Origin: Kitasatospora sp. NPDC051702
GTDB taxonomy: Bacteria; Actinomycetota; Actinomycetes; Streptomycetales; Streptomycetaceae
Assembly (NCBI RefSeq): GCF_040681575.1
Contig: NZ_JBFAZB010000004.1
Coordinates: 38,671 to 62,670, forward strand
Reading direction: 5' to 3'
Length of the DNA: 24,000 bases
Of the stretch, positions 1-8,154 are shown one piece after another (position 1 is the first letter of the stretch; each line of letters starts with the position of its first letter). Below the pieces are notes generated by a model. That model searched no databases, had not been told where the DNA came from, and worked only from the letters and a program-made list of their open reading frames with translations. A program made the position numbers and the translations under genes.

Positions 1-192
1 TCGGCAGACAAGCGGACAACGGGCGGGCGGTGGGGCAAGGCGCGGCCCGGCGGTGCGGGCACGCCGTGCCGCGCGTGCAGGGCGCGCGGCGGGTACACCG
101 GTGCGGCGCGGCGGTGCGATCGGACACGGGCGGTGCCGCGCGGTGCAGCTGTTCTCCGTGCGGTGGCGCTGTGCAACGGCGGCGGCGCTTGT

Positions 193-214
193 GCAACGGC
201 GACGGCGCCGTTGC
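193..214 (-). terminator. GC-rich hairpin downstream of the decarboxylase gene (candidate terminator)
   Basis: GCAACGGCG (193-201) pairs with CGCCGTTGC (206-214) around a 4-nt loop. It lies about 70 nt past the minus-strand stop at 282. There is no U-tract. Confidence 0.3.
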
Positions 215-281
215 GGCAGGACGGCGGCGCCCGCACGCAACGGCGCGGCACGCCACGCGGGTACGGCGACGCCGCCCCCGG

Positions 282-1661
282 TCAGCCCCCGGCGGCCAGC
301 GCCGCCACCCGCGCGTGCAGCGCCGGCAGGAACTCCCGCGCCTCGGGCTTCATCAGCACGCTGCGCAGCACCCCCGCCGTAGCGGCGTCGGCGAGCGCAC
401 CGCGGTGGCGGCGCGTGAAATCGGCGGCGTCCACCCGCAGCAGACTCAGGTAGACCGGATCGTCCTCCGCCGCCATGCCCCGGCGCAGCACCCGCTCGCT
501 GGCGGCGTCCACACCCGACATCGACAACGGCCCGTCCGGGGTGGGGAAGTAGGTGACGATGTCCAGCTGCGGCTCCTGGTACGCCGTCAGCCTCCCGTCC
601 GCACCGACCAGGCGCGACCAGTCCAGCGCGCTGCGCCGCGCACCGGCCAGCACCGCGCCCAGCCCGTCGGGCGTCAGCGGCAGCAGCTGCAGGGTCAGCC
701 ACAGCGCCGCGGCCGAGGCACCGGCGCGCGAGCACTCCAGACTGATCTCCCCCAGGTGCAGTTCGGCGTCGGTGAAGTAGGTGTACGGCGAGTCGTGGGC
801 GAAGTGGCGCCCGATCCCGGGGTCCGCGAACAGCACCGCCCCGCACCCGTAGGGCTGCAGGCCGTGCTTGTGCGGGTCGACGGTCACCGAGTCGCAGCCC
901 GCCACCGCCCGCCACGGCGCCGGGTCCAGCTCCAGCTCCGCCGCCAGCGCGTCGTCGGCGGCCAGCAGCGCGAAGAACCCGCCGTAGGCCGCGTCCACGT
1001 GCACCCGCACCCCGTACCGGCGGGCCAGCGCCAGCACCTCGTGCACCGGATCGACCGCACCCGCCCCGGTGGTCCCGGCGGTGACGACCACGGTGCCCAC
1101 CCGCCCGGTGCGCAGCACCTCCTCCAACGCGTCCACGTCCATCCGCCCGGCCGCGTCGGCCGCCACCGCGTGGCCCGCCACCCCCAGCACGTGACACATC
1201 CGGCTGTGCGTGTAGTGGGCCTGCTCGCTGTAGGCCACCCCGAGCCCCGGATGGCTCTGGCGGGCCACGTACAGCGCCTCCAGGTTGGCGATGGTGCCGC
1301 TGCTGGTGAGGTGGCCCACGTGCCGGGGCAGGCCGAACATGGCGGCGAGCTGCTCCACGCACTCGCGTTCCATGTCGTTGGTGGCCGGCCCACCCTCGTA
1401 GGCGTGGTTGTTGGGGTTGAACCGCATCGCCGTCAGATAGCCCACGACCGCCGCCGGGTGCGGCGGCTTGACCATCTGCCCGGCGTAGCGCGGATGGAAG
1501 AACGGGTAGTTGTGCTCCAGGCGCTTGGCGAAGCGCTCGAACGCGACGGCGAAGTCCGCGTCCTCCACCTGGTGCGAGGGGTGCGGGCGGAAGGGCCCGA
1601 ACCGCTCGCCCCACCGCTCGGCCACCTCGGCCGCCCTCGGCAGCCAGTACCGCAGGTCCAC
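282..1661 (-). CDS. Pyridoxal-phosphate-dependent decarboxylase (group II, glutamate/tyrosine decarboxylase-like)
   Basis: ORF 282..1727. It carries HLTSSGTIANLEAL, VHVDAAYGG and a DPHKHG PLP-lysine motif. I place the start at GTG 1661 because AGGGAAGGGG (Shine-Dalgarno-like) lies 7 nt upstream. The TTG at 1727 and GTG at 1709 are alternatives. Confidence 0.85.
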   Translation of the reverse strand: MDLRYWLPRAAEVAERWGERFGPFRPHPSHQVEDADFAVAFERFAKRLEHNYPFFHPRYAGQMVKPPHPAAVVGYLTAMRFNPNNHAYEGGPATNDMERECVEQLAAMFGLPRHVGHLTSSGTIANLEALYVARQSHPGLGVAYSEQAHYTHSRMCHVLGVAGHAVAADAAGRMDVDALEEVLRTGRVGTVVVTAGTTGAGAVDPVHEVLALARRYGVRVHVDAAYGGFFALLAADDALAAELELDPAPWRAVAGCDSVTVDPHKHGLQPYGCGAVLFADPGIGRHFAHDSPYTYFTDAELHLGEISLECSRAGASAAALWLTLQLLPLTPDGLGAVLAGARRSALDWSRLVGADGRLTAYQEPQLDIVTYFPTPDGPLSMSGVDAASERVLRRGMAAEDDPVYLSLLRVDAADFTRRHRGALADAATAGVLRSVLMKPEAREFLPALHARVAALAAGG

Positions 1662-2016
1662 GCTCCGGCCCCTTCCCTTCGAGGGATCCTCCAGTGCTTC
1701 GCGAGCCACGGTGACCTGCGCCCGCAAGCCGGCCGCAACACCCGCAGCTCACCCGCACCCGCCCCGCCCCCGCCCGCACCCACCCCCCGTACCGGCCGGT
1801 AGGGCCAGCCCCTGCGCGGCCCGCCGCACACCCCCCACGCCTCAGCCGGACCCCAACCGCGCGCTAGGAACCGCTGCTGCAATCACCCCCTGGAAGACGG
1901 CGAAGACGGCCCCGGGGCGCCACCGGCCCGGACCGCACCCGCCCGGGCAGCGGGCGGACAGGCGAACGGGCCCCGGGCACCCGGCCGCCCCCCGGCAGCG
2001 AGCAGGAGGACACACC

Positions 2017-3528
2017 ATGGTGACCAGACGCAGGATGATCGGCGCCGCCCTGGCGACCGGGGGAGGGGTCCTGCTCATGCGCACCACCGTGCGCCCGGCC
2101 GCCTCCGCCCAGACCGTCGCGGCCCGCACCCAGGACCAGGCCGACGCCCACACCCACGGCGCCACCCCCCAGGACGACCCCGGCCCCGACGCCGGACCGG
2201 CCCTCGCCCCCAAGTTCACCACCGCCATGCCCGTGCCCCCGCTGCTCACCCCGGTCTCCACCGCCGGCGGCACCGACACCTACACCATGACCATGCTGCG
2301 GGCCTCCGCCCGCATCCTGCCCGGCCTGCGCACCGACGTCCTCACCTACAACGGCTCCTTCCCCGGCCCCGTCATCCGCGCCCGCTCCGGACGCCCCGTC
2401 GTGGTGCGCCACACCAACCTCCTCGACGAGGGCGTCTCCGTCCACCTGCACGGCGCCCGGGTGCCCACCGACAGCGACGGCGACCCGATGAACCTCCTCG
2501 CCACCGGCCGCACCCGCACCTACACCTACCCCAACGACCAGGCCCACGCGAGCCTGTGGTTCCACGACCACGCCCACCACCTGGAGTCCGAACACGTCTA
2601 CCGGGGCCTGGCCGGCTTCTACCTGCTCACCGACGAGACCGAACGCGCCCTGCCGCTGCCCTCCGGCCAGTACGACCTGCCCATCGCCCTGCGCGACGCC
2701 CGCTTCGACACCGACGGCAACCTCGTCTACCGCATGGACGACCCCTTCAACCGCACCACCATCCTCGCCAACGGCCGCCCCTGGCCCAAGGTCGACGTCG
2801 CCGCCCGCAAGTACCGCCTGCGCCTGCTCAACTCCTCCAACCTGCGCTTCTTCTCCCTGCGCCTGGCCGACGGCGGCCCCATCACCCAGATCGGCTCCGA
2901 CGGCGGCCTGCTCGAACGCCCCCACCTGACCGACACCGTCGACCTGTCGCCCGGCGAACGCGCCGACGTCGTCATCGACTTCTCCCGCTACCCGGTGGGC
3001 AGCAGCATCGCCCTCACCAACACCCTGCCGCCCGGCCCCACCGAACACGTCGGCCAGGTCCTGCGCTTCGACATCACCCGCCCCGCCCACGACCCCAGCT
3101 CCGTCCCGGCCGTGCTGCGCACCCTGCCCGCCCTGCCGGCGCCCGCCCGCGAACGCACCGTGGTGCTGCAGGTCGACGAGGACGGGCGCGCCGAACCCCG
3201 CGGCCTGATCGACGGCAAGGTCTACGACCCGGCCCGCGTCGACGCCCGGGTGGCCCACGGCACCTCGGAGATCTGGACGGTCGTCAACGCCAACAAGGAC
3301 GTCCCGCACAACTTCCACCTGCACCTGGTGCAGTTCCGCGTCCTGGCCCGCAACGGCGCCGCCCCCTCACCCGCGGAGGCCGGCCTCAAGGACACCGTGC
3401 GCCTGCTGCCCGGCGAGAGCGTGCGCCTGCAGGCCGTCTTCGACTCCTACCGCGGCCGCTACCCCTACCACTGCCACCTGCTCGACCACTCCGCGATGGG
3501 CATGATGGCCCAGATGGAGATCGCCTGA
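2017..3528 (+). CDS. Multicopper oxidase, Tat-secreted (CotA/bilirubin-oxidase-like)
   Basis: Within ORF 1510..3528. ATG 2017 is preceded by AGGAGGA (2004-2010). The N-terminus MVTRRRMIGAALATGGG is a twin-arginine signal. Copper-ligand motifs are VHLHG, WFHDHAHH, HNFHLH and HCHLLDHSAMGMM. Confidence 0.92.
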   Translation: MVTRRRMIGAALATGGGVLLMRTTVRPAASAQTVAARTQDQADAHTHGATPQDDPGPDAGPALAPKFTTAMPVPPLLTPVSTAGGTDTYTMTMLRASARILPGLRTDVLTYNGSFPGPVIRARSGRPVVVRHTNLLDEGVSVHLHGARVPTDSDGDPMNLLATGRTRTYTYPNDQAHASLWFHDHAHHLESEHVYRGLAGFYLLTDETERALPLPSGQYDLPIALRDARFDTDGNLVYRMDDPFNRTTILANGRPWPKVDVAARKYRLRLLNSSNLRFFSLRLADGGPITQIGSDGGLLERPHLTDTVDLSPGERADVVIDFSRYPVGSSIALTNTLPPGPTEHVGQVLRFDITRPAHDPSSVPAVLRTLPALPAPARERTVVLQVDEDGRAEPRGLIDGKVYDPARVDARVAHGTSEIWTVVNANKDVPHNFHLHLVQFRVLARNGAAPSPAEAGLKDTVRLLPGESVRLQAVFDSYRGRYPYHCHLLDHSAMGMMAQMEIA

Positions 3529-3584
3529 CCCGGCCCCCGGCCCCCGGGCCCCGGCCGCCCGGGCCCCGGGCCGGCCCGCCCCCC

Positions 3585-3617
3585 GGGGCCCCGACCGCGC
3601 AACACGGCCGGGGCCCC
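3585..3617. terminator. Hairpin between convergent genes (candidate bidirectional terminator)
   Basis: GGGGCCCCGACCG (3585-3597) pairs with CGGCCGGGGCCCC (3605-3617), with one mismatch and a 7-nt loop. It lies between the stops at 3528 (+) and 3636 (-). Confidence 0.4.
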
Positions 3618-3635
3618 GGCACCGACGTCGCCGCC

Positions 3636-5126
3636 TCAGGACACGTGGATCCCCTGACCCGGCGTCAGGATCCCCGCCGGATCCCACCGCCGCTTGGCCT
3701 CCACCACCCGCCCCCACAACCCGCCGTAGTGCCGCCGCCAGTCCGCCCCCGTCATCCCCGGCACCGCCCCGATCAGATACCGCTTCCCACCCAGCTCCAC
3801 CGCCCGCTCGTACAACCGCCGGTTGCGCTCCAGCATCGCCCCCGTGTCCGCCCCCGGCCCCGGGAACGCCAACAGGTCGAAGTGCCAGCCCACCTCCTCC
3901 CGCGGCAACACCGCCAACGGCGCCCCCACCCGCGAACGCGCGTACGGGTAGAACAACAACAACCCCGCCCCCAGGTCCTGCGCCGACAGCACCCGCGCCG
4001 CCTCCTCCATGAACACCCGCGCCCGCGACGCCGGCAGGAACAGGCTCAGCCACGGCTTCGCCAGCCCCCACAACCCGGCCGCCCGCAGGTACCCCGCGAA
4101 CGCGTCCACCCGGAACGCGTACTCCCGCCAGCTCTGCTCCACCACCTGCGTCTCACCCGCCACCGGACGCAGCCCCGCCAACAACGCCCCCGCATCCACC
4201 GGCCGCCCCGCGTCCGCGAACGCCACCAGCTCCGCCTTGTACCGCCACCGCGACCCGTCCGCGCTGCGCTGCACGTCACCCACCTGCAGGTCGAACCGCC
4301 CCTGCGCCATCACCCGCTCCTGGTCCGCCAGATACGCCCCCAGATCGTCGTAGAACAGCGAGAACACGTGCGCCCGCTCCCGCGCCGGCACCAGCCGCAG
4401 CTGCGCCCGCACGATGATCCCCACCTGCCCGCCACCGGCCAGCACCGCCTCGAACAGCTCCCGGTTCACCGCCCGCGAGGCCGTCACCAGCTCACCCGTG
4501 CCGGTCACCACGTCCACCGACTCCACCGTGTCCACCTGCAACCCGTACCGCTGCACCCCACCGCCGATCCCGCCCACGCTCAGCGTCCCCCCGACCGACA
4601 GGTGCAGGTAGTCCGTCAGACACGGCGGCATCCACCCCACCGCCAGCGCCGCGTCCGTCAGCTGCGCCCACGTCGCCCCGGCCTCCACCACGGCCCGCCC
4701 CGGGCCCACCGACACGATCCGCGACAGGCCGCGCGCGTCGACCGCGATCCCGCCGCGCGGGTTGGCCTGCCCGAAGCTGGAGTGCGACTCCAGCCCCGCC
4801 GCCCCGGCCGTCCCCGCGTCCCCGCTCTGCCCGTTGACCGCCACCGGGATCCCGTGACGGCGCGCGAACGCCACCACCCGCTGCACGTCGCGCACCGAGC
4901 CCGGCCGCAGCACGGCCCGCGGCCGCTGGGACACCAGGTGCCCGAAGTCCCCGGCGAACCGCTCCAGGCCCTCGCCGGACAGCGTCACCGACCCGTCCAG
5001 CACGGGCAGCCGCGCGACGTCGCCCCCCTCCTCCACCGCCCAGGCCCCCCGGGCGGTGCTCCACCCGATCACCGCGGCCCCCGCACCCGCGAGCACCGCC
5101 CGCCGCGACAGTTGCGACCCGCTCAT
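3636..5126 (-). CDS. FAD-binding oxidoreductase, PCMH/VAO superfamily (cytokinin-dehydrogenase-like), Tat-secreted
   Basis: 496-aa ORF. The N-terminus MSGSQLSRRAVLAGAGAAV...ARGAWA is a Tat signal. ESHSSFGQA resembles the GHS..GQA covalent-FAD motif, and GGTLSVGGIGG and YGLQVD are FAD-domain motifs. GGAGAAG lies upstream of ATG 5126. Confidence 0.85.
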   Translation of the reverse strand: MSGSQLSRRAVLAGAGAAVIGWSTARGAWAVEEGGDVARLPVLDGSVTLSGEGLERFAGDFGHLVSQRPRAVLRPGSVRDVQRVVAFARRHGIPVAVNGQSGDAGTAGAAGLESHSSFGQANPRGGIAVDARGLSRIVSVGPGRAVVEAGATWAQLTDAALAVGWMPPCLTDYLHLSVGGTLSVGGIGGGVQRYGLQVDTVESVDVVTGTGELVTASRAVNRELFEAVLAGGGQVGIIVRAQLRLVPARERAHVFSLFYDDLGAYLADQERVMAQGRFDLQVGDVQRSADGSRWRYKAELVAFADAGRPVDAGALLAGLRPVAGETQVVEQSWREYAFRVDAFAGYLRAAGLWGLAKPWLSLFLPASRARVFMEEAARVLSAQDLGAGLLLFYPYARSRVGAPLAVLPREEVGWHFDLLAFPGPGADTGAMLERNRRLYERAVELGGKRYLIGAVPGMTGADWRRHYGGLWGRVVEAKRRWDPAGILTPGQGIHVS

Positions 5127-5188
5127 ACCAGACTTCTCCGATCAGTCGTCAAATACGGATTGTTGTACCGCAATCACCCCGCAACCAC

Positions 5189-5602
5189 CTACCACCCCGC
5201 CCGCCCCTGCGACCCCTGCCGCCCCTGCGGCCCGTGCCGCCCCTGCGGCCCGCACTGCTCCTGCGGCCCCTGCGGCCCCTGCCGCTCCTGCTGCTCCAGT
5301 GCGGCCAGCGCCTCCAGCGCCCGCCCCAGCACCTTCGCCCGGAACGGATGCCCCACCTCCAGCACCCCCGCCGCCGCCACCGCCTCCTCCAGCAGCGCCC
5401 GCCGCGCCGCCGGCCGCCCCGCCACCTGCGCCCACCCGCTCGCCTCCACCAACACGTGGGCGAGCTTGGAGCCGTACACCTGCGGGCTCACCCCGAACAG
5501 CACCCGGTACACCCACAGGCCCTCCCGCCCCCGCAGCACCCGCCCGTCGTGACTCAACAACCGCATCCGCGCCCTCAGCACCAGATCCCCGTGCACCGAC
5601 AC
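5189..5602 (-). CDS. Hypothetical protein with C-terminal Gly-X-Y (GPQ) repeat tail
   Basis: This is the distal part of ORF 5189..5842. The segment SVHGDLVLRARMRLLSHDG...LEVGHPFRAKVLGRALEALAALEQQERQGPQGPQEQCGPQGRHGPQGRQGSQGRAGW has protein-like composition and strong G/C third-position bias, whereas the upstream 80 aa look non-coding. The start is uncertain (GTG 5602 after GAAGGGGG, or ATG 5566). LRARMRLLSHDG weakly recalls the HTH of IS630-type transposases, which is unverified. Confidence 0.35.
   Translation of the reverse strand: MSVHGDLVLRARMRLLSHDGRVLRGREGLWVYRVLFGVSPQVYGSKLAHVLVEASGWAQVAGRPAARRALLEEAVAAAGVLEVGHPFRAKVLGRALEALAALEQQERQGPQGPQEQCGPQGRHGPQGRQGSQGRAGW
5204..5293. repeat. About ten tandem copies of a 9-bp unit (consensus CCCCTGCGG)
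   Basis: The units read directly as CCCCTGCGA, CCCCTGCCG, CCCCTGCGG, CCCGTGCCG, CCCCTGCGG, CCCGCACTG, CTCCTGCGG, CCCCTGCGG, CCCCTGCCG, CTCCTGCTG. On the minus strand they encode the GPQ/GRQ triplets of the 5189..5602 ORF. Confidence 0.9.
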
Positions 5603-5904
5603 CCGCACAACCCCCTTCGTCCGCCCACCGCCCACCGCCTGCCGCCCGGGCGCAGCACGACACGCACGCACACCGGCCCCCCGTGGACGGGGTGGCCGGC
5701 GCGTGGCCGCAGGAGTGGATGCCGACGAGTCTGCGGCCGGCGCGCCCCCGGCGACAAGACACGATCCGCGTGCGCTGCGTCCTACCGAAACCCCCCGCGA
5801 CCTGCCAGGATGGGACCCGGCACCCTCCCGCCGCCCCCGCACCGCACCGCACCGCCCTGCGCCGCCTCACCACCCTCCCGCGGCCGCCGGTTCGCTTGCG
5901 AGTG

Positions 5905-6140
5905 ATCCGCGCACGTCCTTGCCGCGTAAAGAGGGTGAGGACATCCGAAGGCGATCGGAGCAGAGGAAAACCCGAGGGCCTGTAAAGCCGCTCGCCGAGA
6001 ACTCGGTCAAGTCTCAGCGATTCGCCCGTGAGTGGACGAAGGTCACCGTCTGACTCGAAACCACGGGGCTTCGATGCGGAGTGGACGCTTCTTGCCCCTG
6101 GCGGGAGATTGCGCCGTCTGCGAGGCAGAGTCTCGTCTTA
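5905..6140 (-). ncRNA. Presumed omega-RNA (reRNA) region at the tnpB 3' end and right end
   Basis: In characterised TnpB systems the guide RNA scaffold overlaps the 3' end of tnpB and runs to the right end of the element. This segment is lower in GC and has many short hairpins on the minus strand (TCGAA..TTCGA, CCGAGTTCTCGG, GTCCT..AGGAC) plus a duplicated GTCCACTC. The extent is not determinable here. Confidence 0.3.
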
Positions 6141-7402
6141 CGTCGGCTCGGCGATCCGTTTCCTGTCTCCGGGCCGCTCCCGGCGACGCGCCGCCCTATC
6201 ATCGCGGCAAGGTTGAGCGCGGCGTTCTCGTCCCGGTCGATGACCAGGCCGCAGCGCTCGCAGACGAACGTACGCACCCGAAGGGGCAGCTTGGATTTCA
6301 CTGCCTGGCAGCCGGAGCACGTCTTGGAGCTGGGAAACCACCGGTCGGCCACTTCCAGCTGGCCGCCGTTCCATGCGGTCTTGTAGGAGAGCTGACGGCG
6401 GATCTCGCCGAACCCCGCGTCGGCCACCGCGCGGGCGAGCCTGTGGTTCTTGAGCATTCCGGCGACGTTGAGGTCTTCGACCACGATGGTGCCGTACTCG
6501 CGGGCCAACTCTGTGGTGAGCTTGTGGATCGCGTCCCGTCGTAGTGCGGCTACGCGGTGGTGGACCCGGTTGCGAGCGTCGTTGGCCTTGAGCCAGCGTT
6601 TGGAGGGCCGCTGGCCGGCAATGCGGTCGGGTCCGACGCGGCGGGCGACGGTGCGGGACAACCGGGCGAGCTTCCTGCAGGCGGCGTCGTAGTGCTTGGG
6701 ATTCTCCATCGCGGGGCGGCCGTCGGAGAAGACGGCCAGGGTCCTGATTCCGAGGTCCACTCCGACCACCGCACCCGGACGGGACGGCTGATGGTTGCCC
6801 CGCTCGACCTCGACCGTGAAGGAAACGTGCCAGCGACCCGCGTACAGGCGCACCGTCGCGGACTTGAGCCTGGCGGTTCCGTTCGCGATGCGGCGATGCA
6901 GCTTGCGGGTGTTCTCGTGCGTCCTGAGGGTGCCGAGCACTGGCAGCGTGACGTGCCTGCGGTCGTCCTCCAGACGTATGGCTCCGGTCGTGAACCGGCA
7001 GGACTTCGCCGCCTTGTGCTTGGACTTGAAGTGAGGGAAACCCATCACAGGGCCTCTGCGTTTGCCCCTTCTCGAGTCGGACCAGTTCCTCAGGCCGGTG
7101 GCGAGCTGCTCCAGACCAGTGGCATACGCCTCCTTTGAGCACTCACGCCACCACGGTGCGGCGTCGTCCTTGGCCAGATTCCAGGCCTTGCGCATCGAGT
7201 ACATCGACCAGCCGAAGACCGGTGTCAGATCGTCCCCGGCGAGGCCGTATGACCGCTCTGCCTCTCGCTGGGAGAGGTTCGCCTTCACCTGCGCCAGGGC
7301 CCAGTTGAACGCCACGCGGGCCGCTCCGCAGTGCCGCAGAAGTTCGTGTGCCTGGCGCGGTGTCGGGTCGAGGGCGAATCGGTAGGCATGGGTGACGATC
7401 AC
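6014..7402 (-). CDS. tnpB: RNA-guided endonuclease TnpB (IS200/IS605 OrfB/InsQ family)
   Basis: Within ORF 6014..7624. I place the start at GTG 7402 (VIVTHAYRFALDPTPRQ, the typical N-terminal HTH). The RuvC-I motif is VVGVDLGIRT and RuvC-II is TIVVEDLNVAGM. The Zn finger is CSGCQ...CERCG and RuvC-III is IDRDENAALNL. Confidence 0.93.
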   Translation of the reverse strand: MIVTHAYRFALDPTPRQAHELLRHCGAARVAFNWALAQVKANLSQREAERSYGLAGDDLTPVFGWSMYSMRKAWNLAKDDAAPWWRECSKEAYATGLEQLATGLRNWSDSRRGKRRGPVMGFPHFKSKHKAAKSCRFTTGAIRLEDDRRHVTLPVLGTLRTHENTRKLHRRIANGTARLKSATVRLYAGRWHVSFTVEVERGNHQPSRPGAVVGVDLGIRTLAVFSDGRPAMENPKHYDAACRKLARLSRTVARRVGPDRIAGQRPSKRWLKANDARNRVHHRVAALRRDAIHKLTTELAREYGTIVVEDLNVAGMLKNHRLARAVADAGFGEIRRQLSYKTAWNGGQLEVADRWFPSSKTCSGCQAVKSKLPLRVRTFVCERCGLVIDRDENAALNLAAMIGRRVAGSGPETGNGSPSRRKTRLCLADGAISRQGQEASTPHRSPVVSSQTVTFVHSRANR

Positions 7403-7409
7403 GCGGCGC

Positions 7410-7442
7410 CCTCGCGGACGGCAGCTGCTGCCGTCCGCGAGG
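7410..7442. other. Perfect 15-bp-stem hairpin immediately 5' of the tnpB start
   Basis: CCTCGCGGACGGCAG (7410-7424), CTG, CTGCCGTCCGCGAGG (7428-7442) form an exact inverted repeat. On the minus strand its 3' arm contains the GAGGG that would act as the tnpB Shine-Dalgarno. A second palindrome, CCCGTACGGG, follows about 25 nt further into the element. Confidence 0.8.
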
Positions 7443-7735
7443 AGCGGCCGAGTGCGGTCCGCTTCCCGTACGGGCAGCCGCACACCGAGGTGAGCGTGTC
7501 GGTGATGTGGTTGCGGGTCGGGGCTCCGGCCGACTCGTTCTGATCGGGGACTGCGAGGCGTCGGCCCGTCACCTCCGGCACCACCGGGAGGTGTGCGGTG
7601 TCGAGCCTGACGAGAGACGGTCACGACGTTTCACGAGAACGACGATAGTGGCAGGGAGTCGACGACCATGACAGACCATCAGGCAGGGCGACCCTTGATG
7701 AACCGTCGGCTGCTGAGATCCCCCGCTCCGGCTGT

Positions 7736-7762
7736 GGCGGTTCGAATCCGCCCTCGCCCACC
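7736..7762 (+). other. Orphan tRNA 3'-end-like fragment (T-arm, acceptor strand, discriminator and CC)
   Basis: The sequence reads GGCGG-TTCGAAT-CCGCC (a canonical T stem-loop), then CTCGCCC, A, CC. A partial 5' acceptor strand GGGCGAC sits at 7686-7692 (6 of 7 pairs). However, no D-arm, no U8 and no anticodon stem can be folded between them. Confidence 0.55.
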
Positions 7763-7854
7763 GCGCGTTCACCACCTCGCGCCGCCGCGTCCGCACCGCC
7801 GCGTCCGCGCCCCCTGGTGCCCGGGGCGCACGGGGTGCTGGCTAGCCTGGTCGC

Positions 7855-8154
7855 ATGTTCGTACTGGAGCTGACGTACACCGCCCCGCTGGAGCGCATCG
7901 ACGCCGTCCTGCCGCAGCACGTGCAGTGGCTGCACGCGCACTACGAGGCGGGCACCTTCCTCGCCTCGGGCCGCAAGGTGCCGCGCGAGGGCGGGGTGAT
8001 CATCGCCCTGGGCGAGGACCGCGCCGCGATCGAGGAACTCACCCGCACCGACCCGTTCTCCCGCGAGGGCCTGGTCGCGTACACCGTCACCGAGTTCCTC
8101 GCCACCACCACCGCCCCCGCCCTGGACGCCTTCCGCCAGCAGCTGCCGGCCTGA
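7855..8154 (+). CDS. YciI family protein
   Basis: 99-aa ORF reading [26 protein letters not shown]...[13 protein letters not shown]...DPF...LVAYTVTEF, which is the typical YCII-domain pattern. Confidence 0.8.
   Translation: MFVLELTYTAPLERIDAVLPQHVQWLHAHYEAGTFLASGRKVPREGGVIIALGEDRAAIEELTRTDPFSREGLVAYTVTEFLATTTAPALDAFRQQLPA

Larger units (their letters stand above)
5925..7700 (-). mobile_element. IS200/IS605-superfamily element carrying only tnpB (IS1341-like solo TnpB); ends approximate
   Basis: There is a marked local drop in GC from about 5925 to about 7700 relative to the flanks. The segment holds a single tnpB gene and no recognisable tnpA. Boundaries are inferred from composition only; I could not identify terminal hairpins or a TAM with confidence. 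Confidence 0.6.

Noticed and set aside
30-1802. 590-aa plus-strand ORF covering the decarboxylase locus
   Set aside because: It is an R/G/A/P/V/H-rich, low-complexity translation that lies antisense to a gene with clear PLP-decarboxylase motifs. This is the typical shadow ORF of very GC-rich DNA.
2556-5552. 998-aa plus-strand ORF; also 1864..3324 (-), 8317..10896 (+), 8363..10114 (-), 9906..10904 (-), 19585..22179 (-) and 21243..22796 (+)
   Set aside because: All are off-frame or antisense to ORFs with recognisable family motifs. Their compositions are dominated by R, P, G and A with no motifs. They are long only because stop codons are rare at this GC content.
7399-7584. 61-aa minus-strand ORF upstream of tnpB as a possible tnpA remnant
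   Set aside because: It has no Y1 (HUH) or serine-recombinase motif. The ORF mostly translates the hairpin region and is too short to judge.
7686-7762. Intact tRNA gene
   Set aside because: The T-arm and 3' acceptor strand are canonical and a 6/7-matching 5' acceptor strand exists. However, positions 8-9 are CC (no U8), there is no D stem-loop (no GCTCAG..GAGC-type arm) and no 5-bp anticodon stem can be formed. It is reported only as a fragment.
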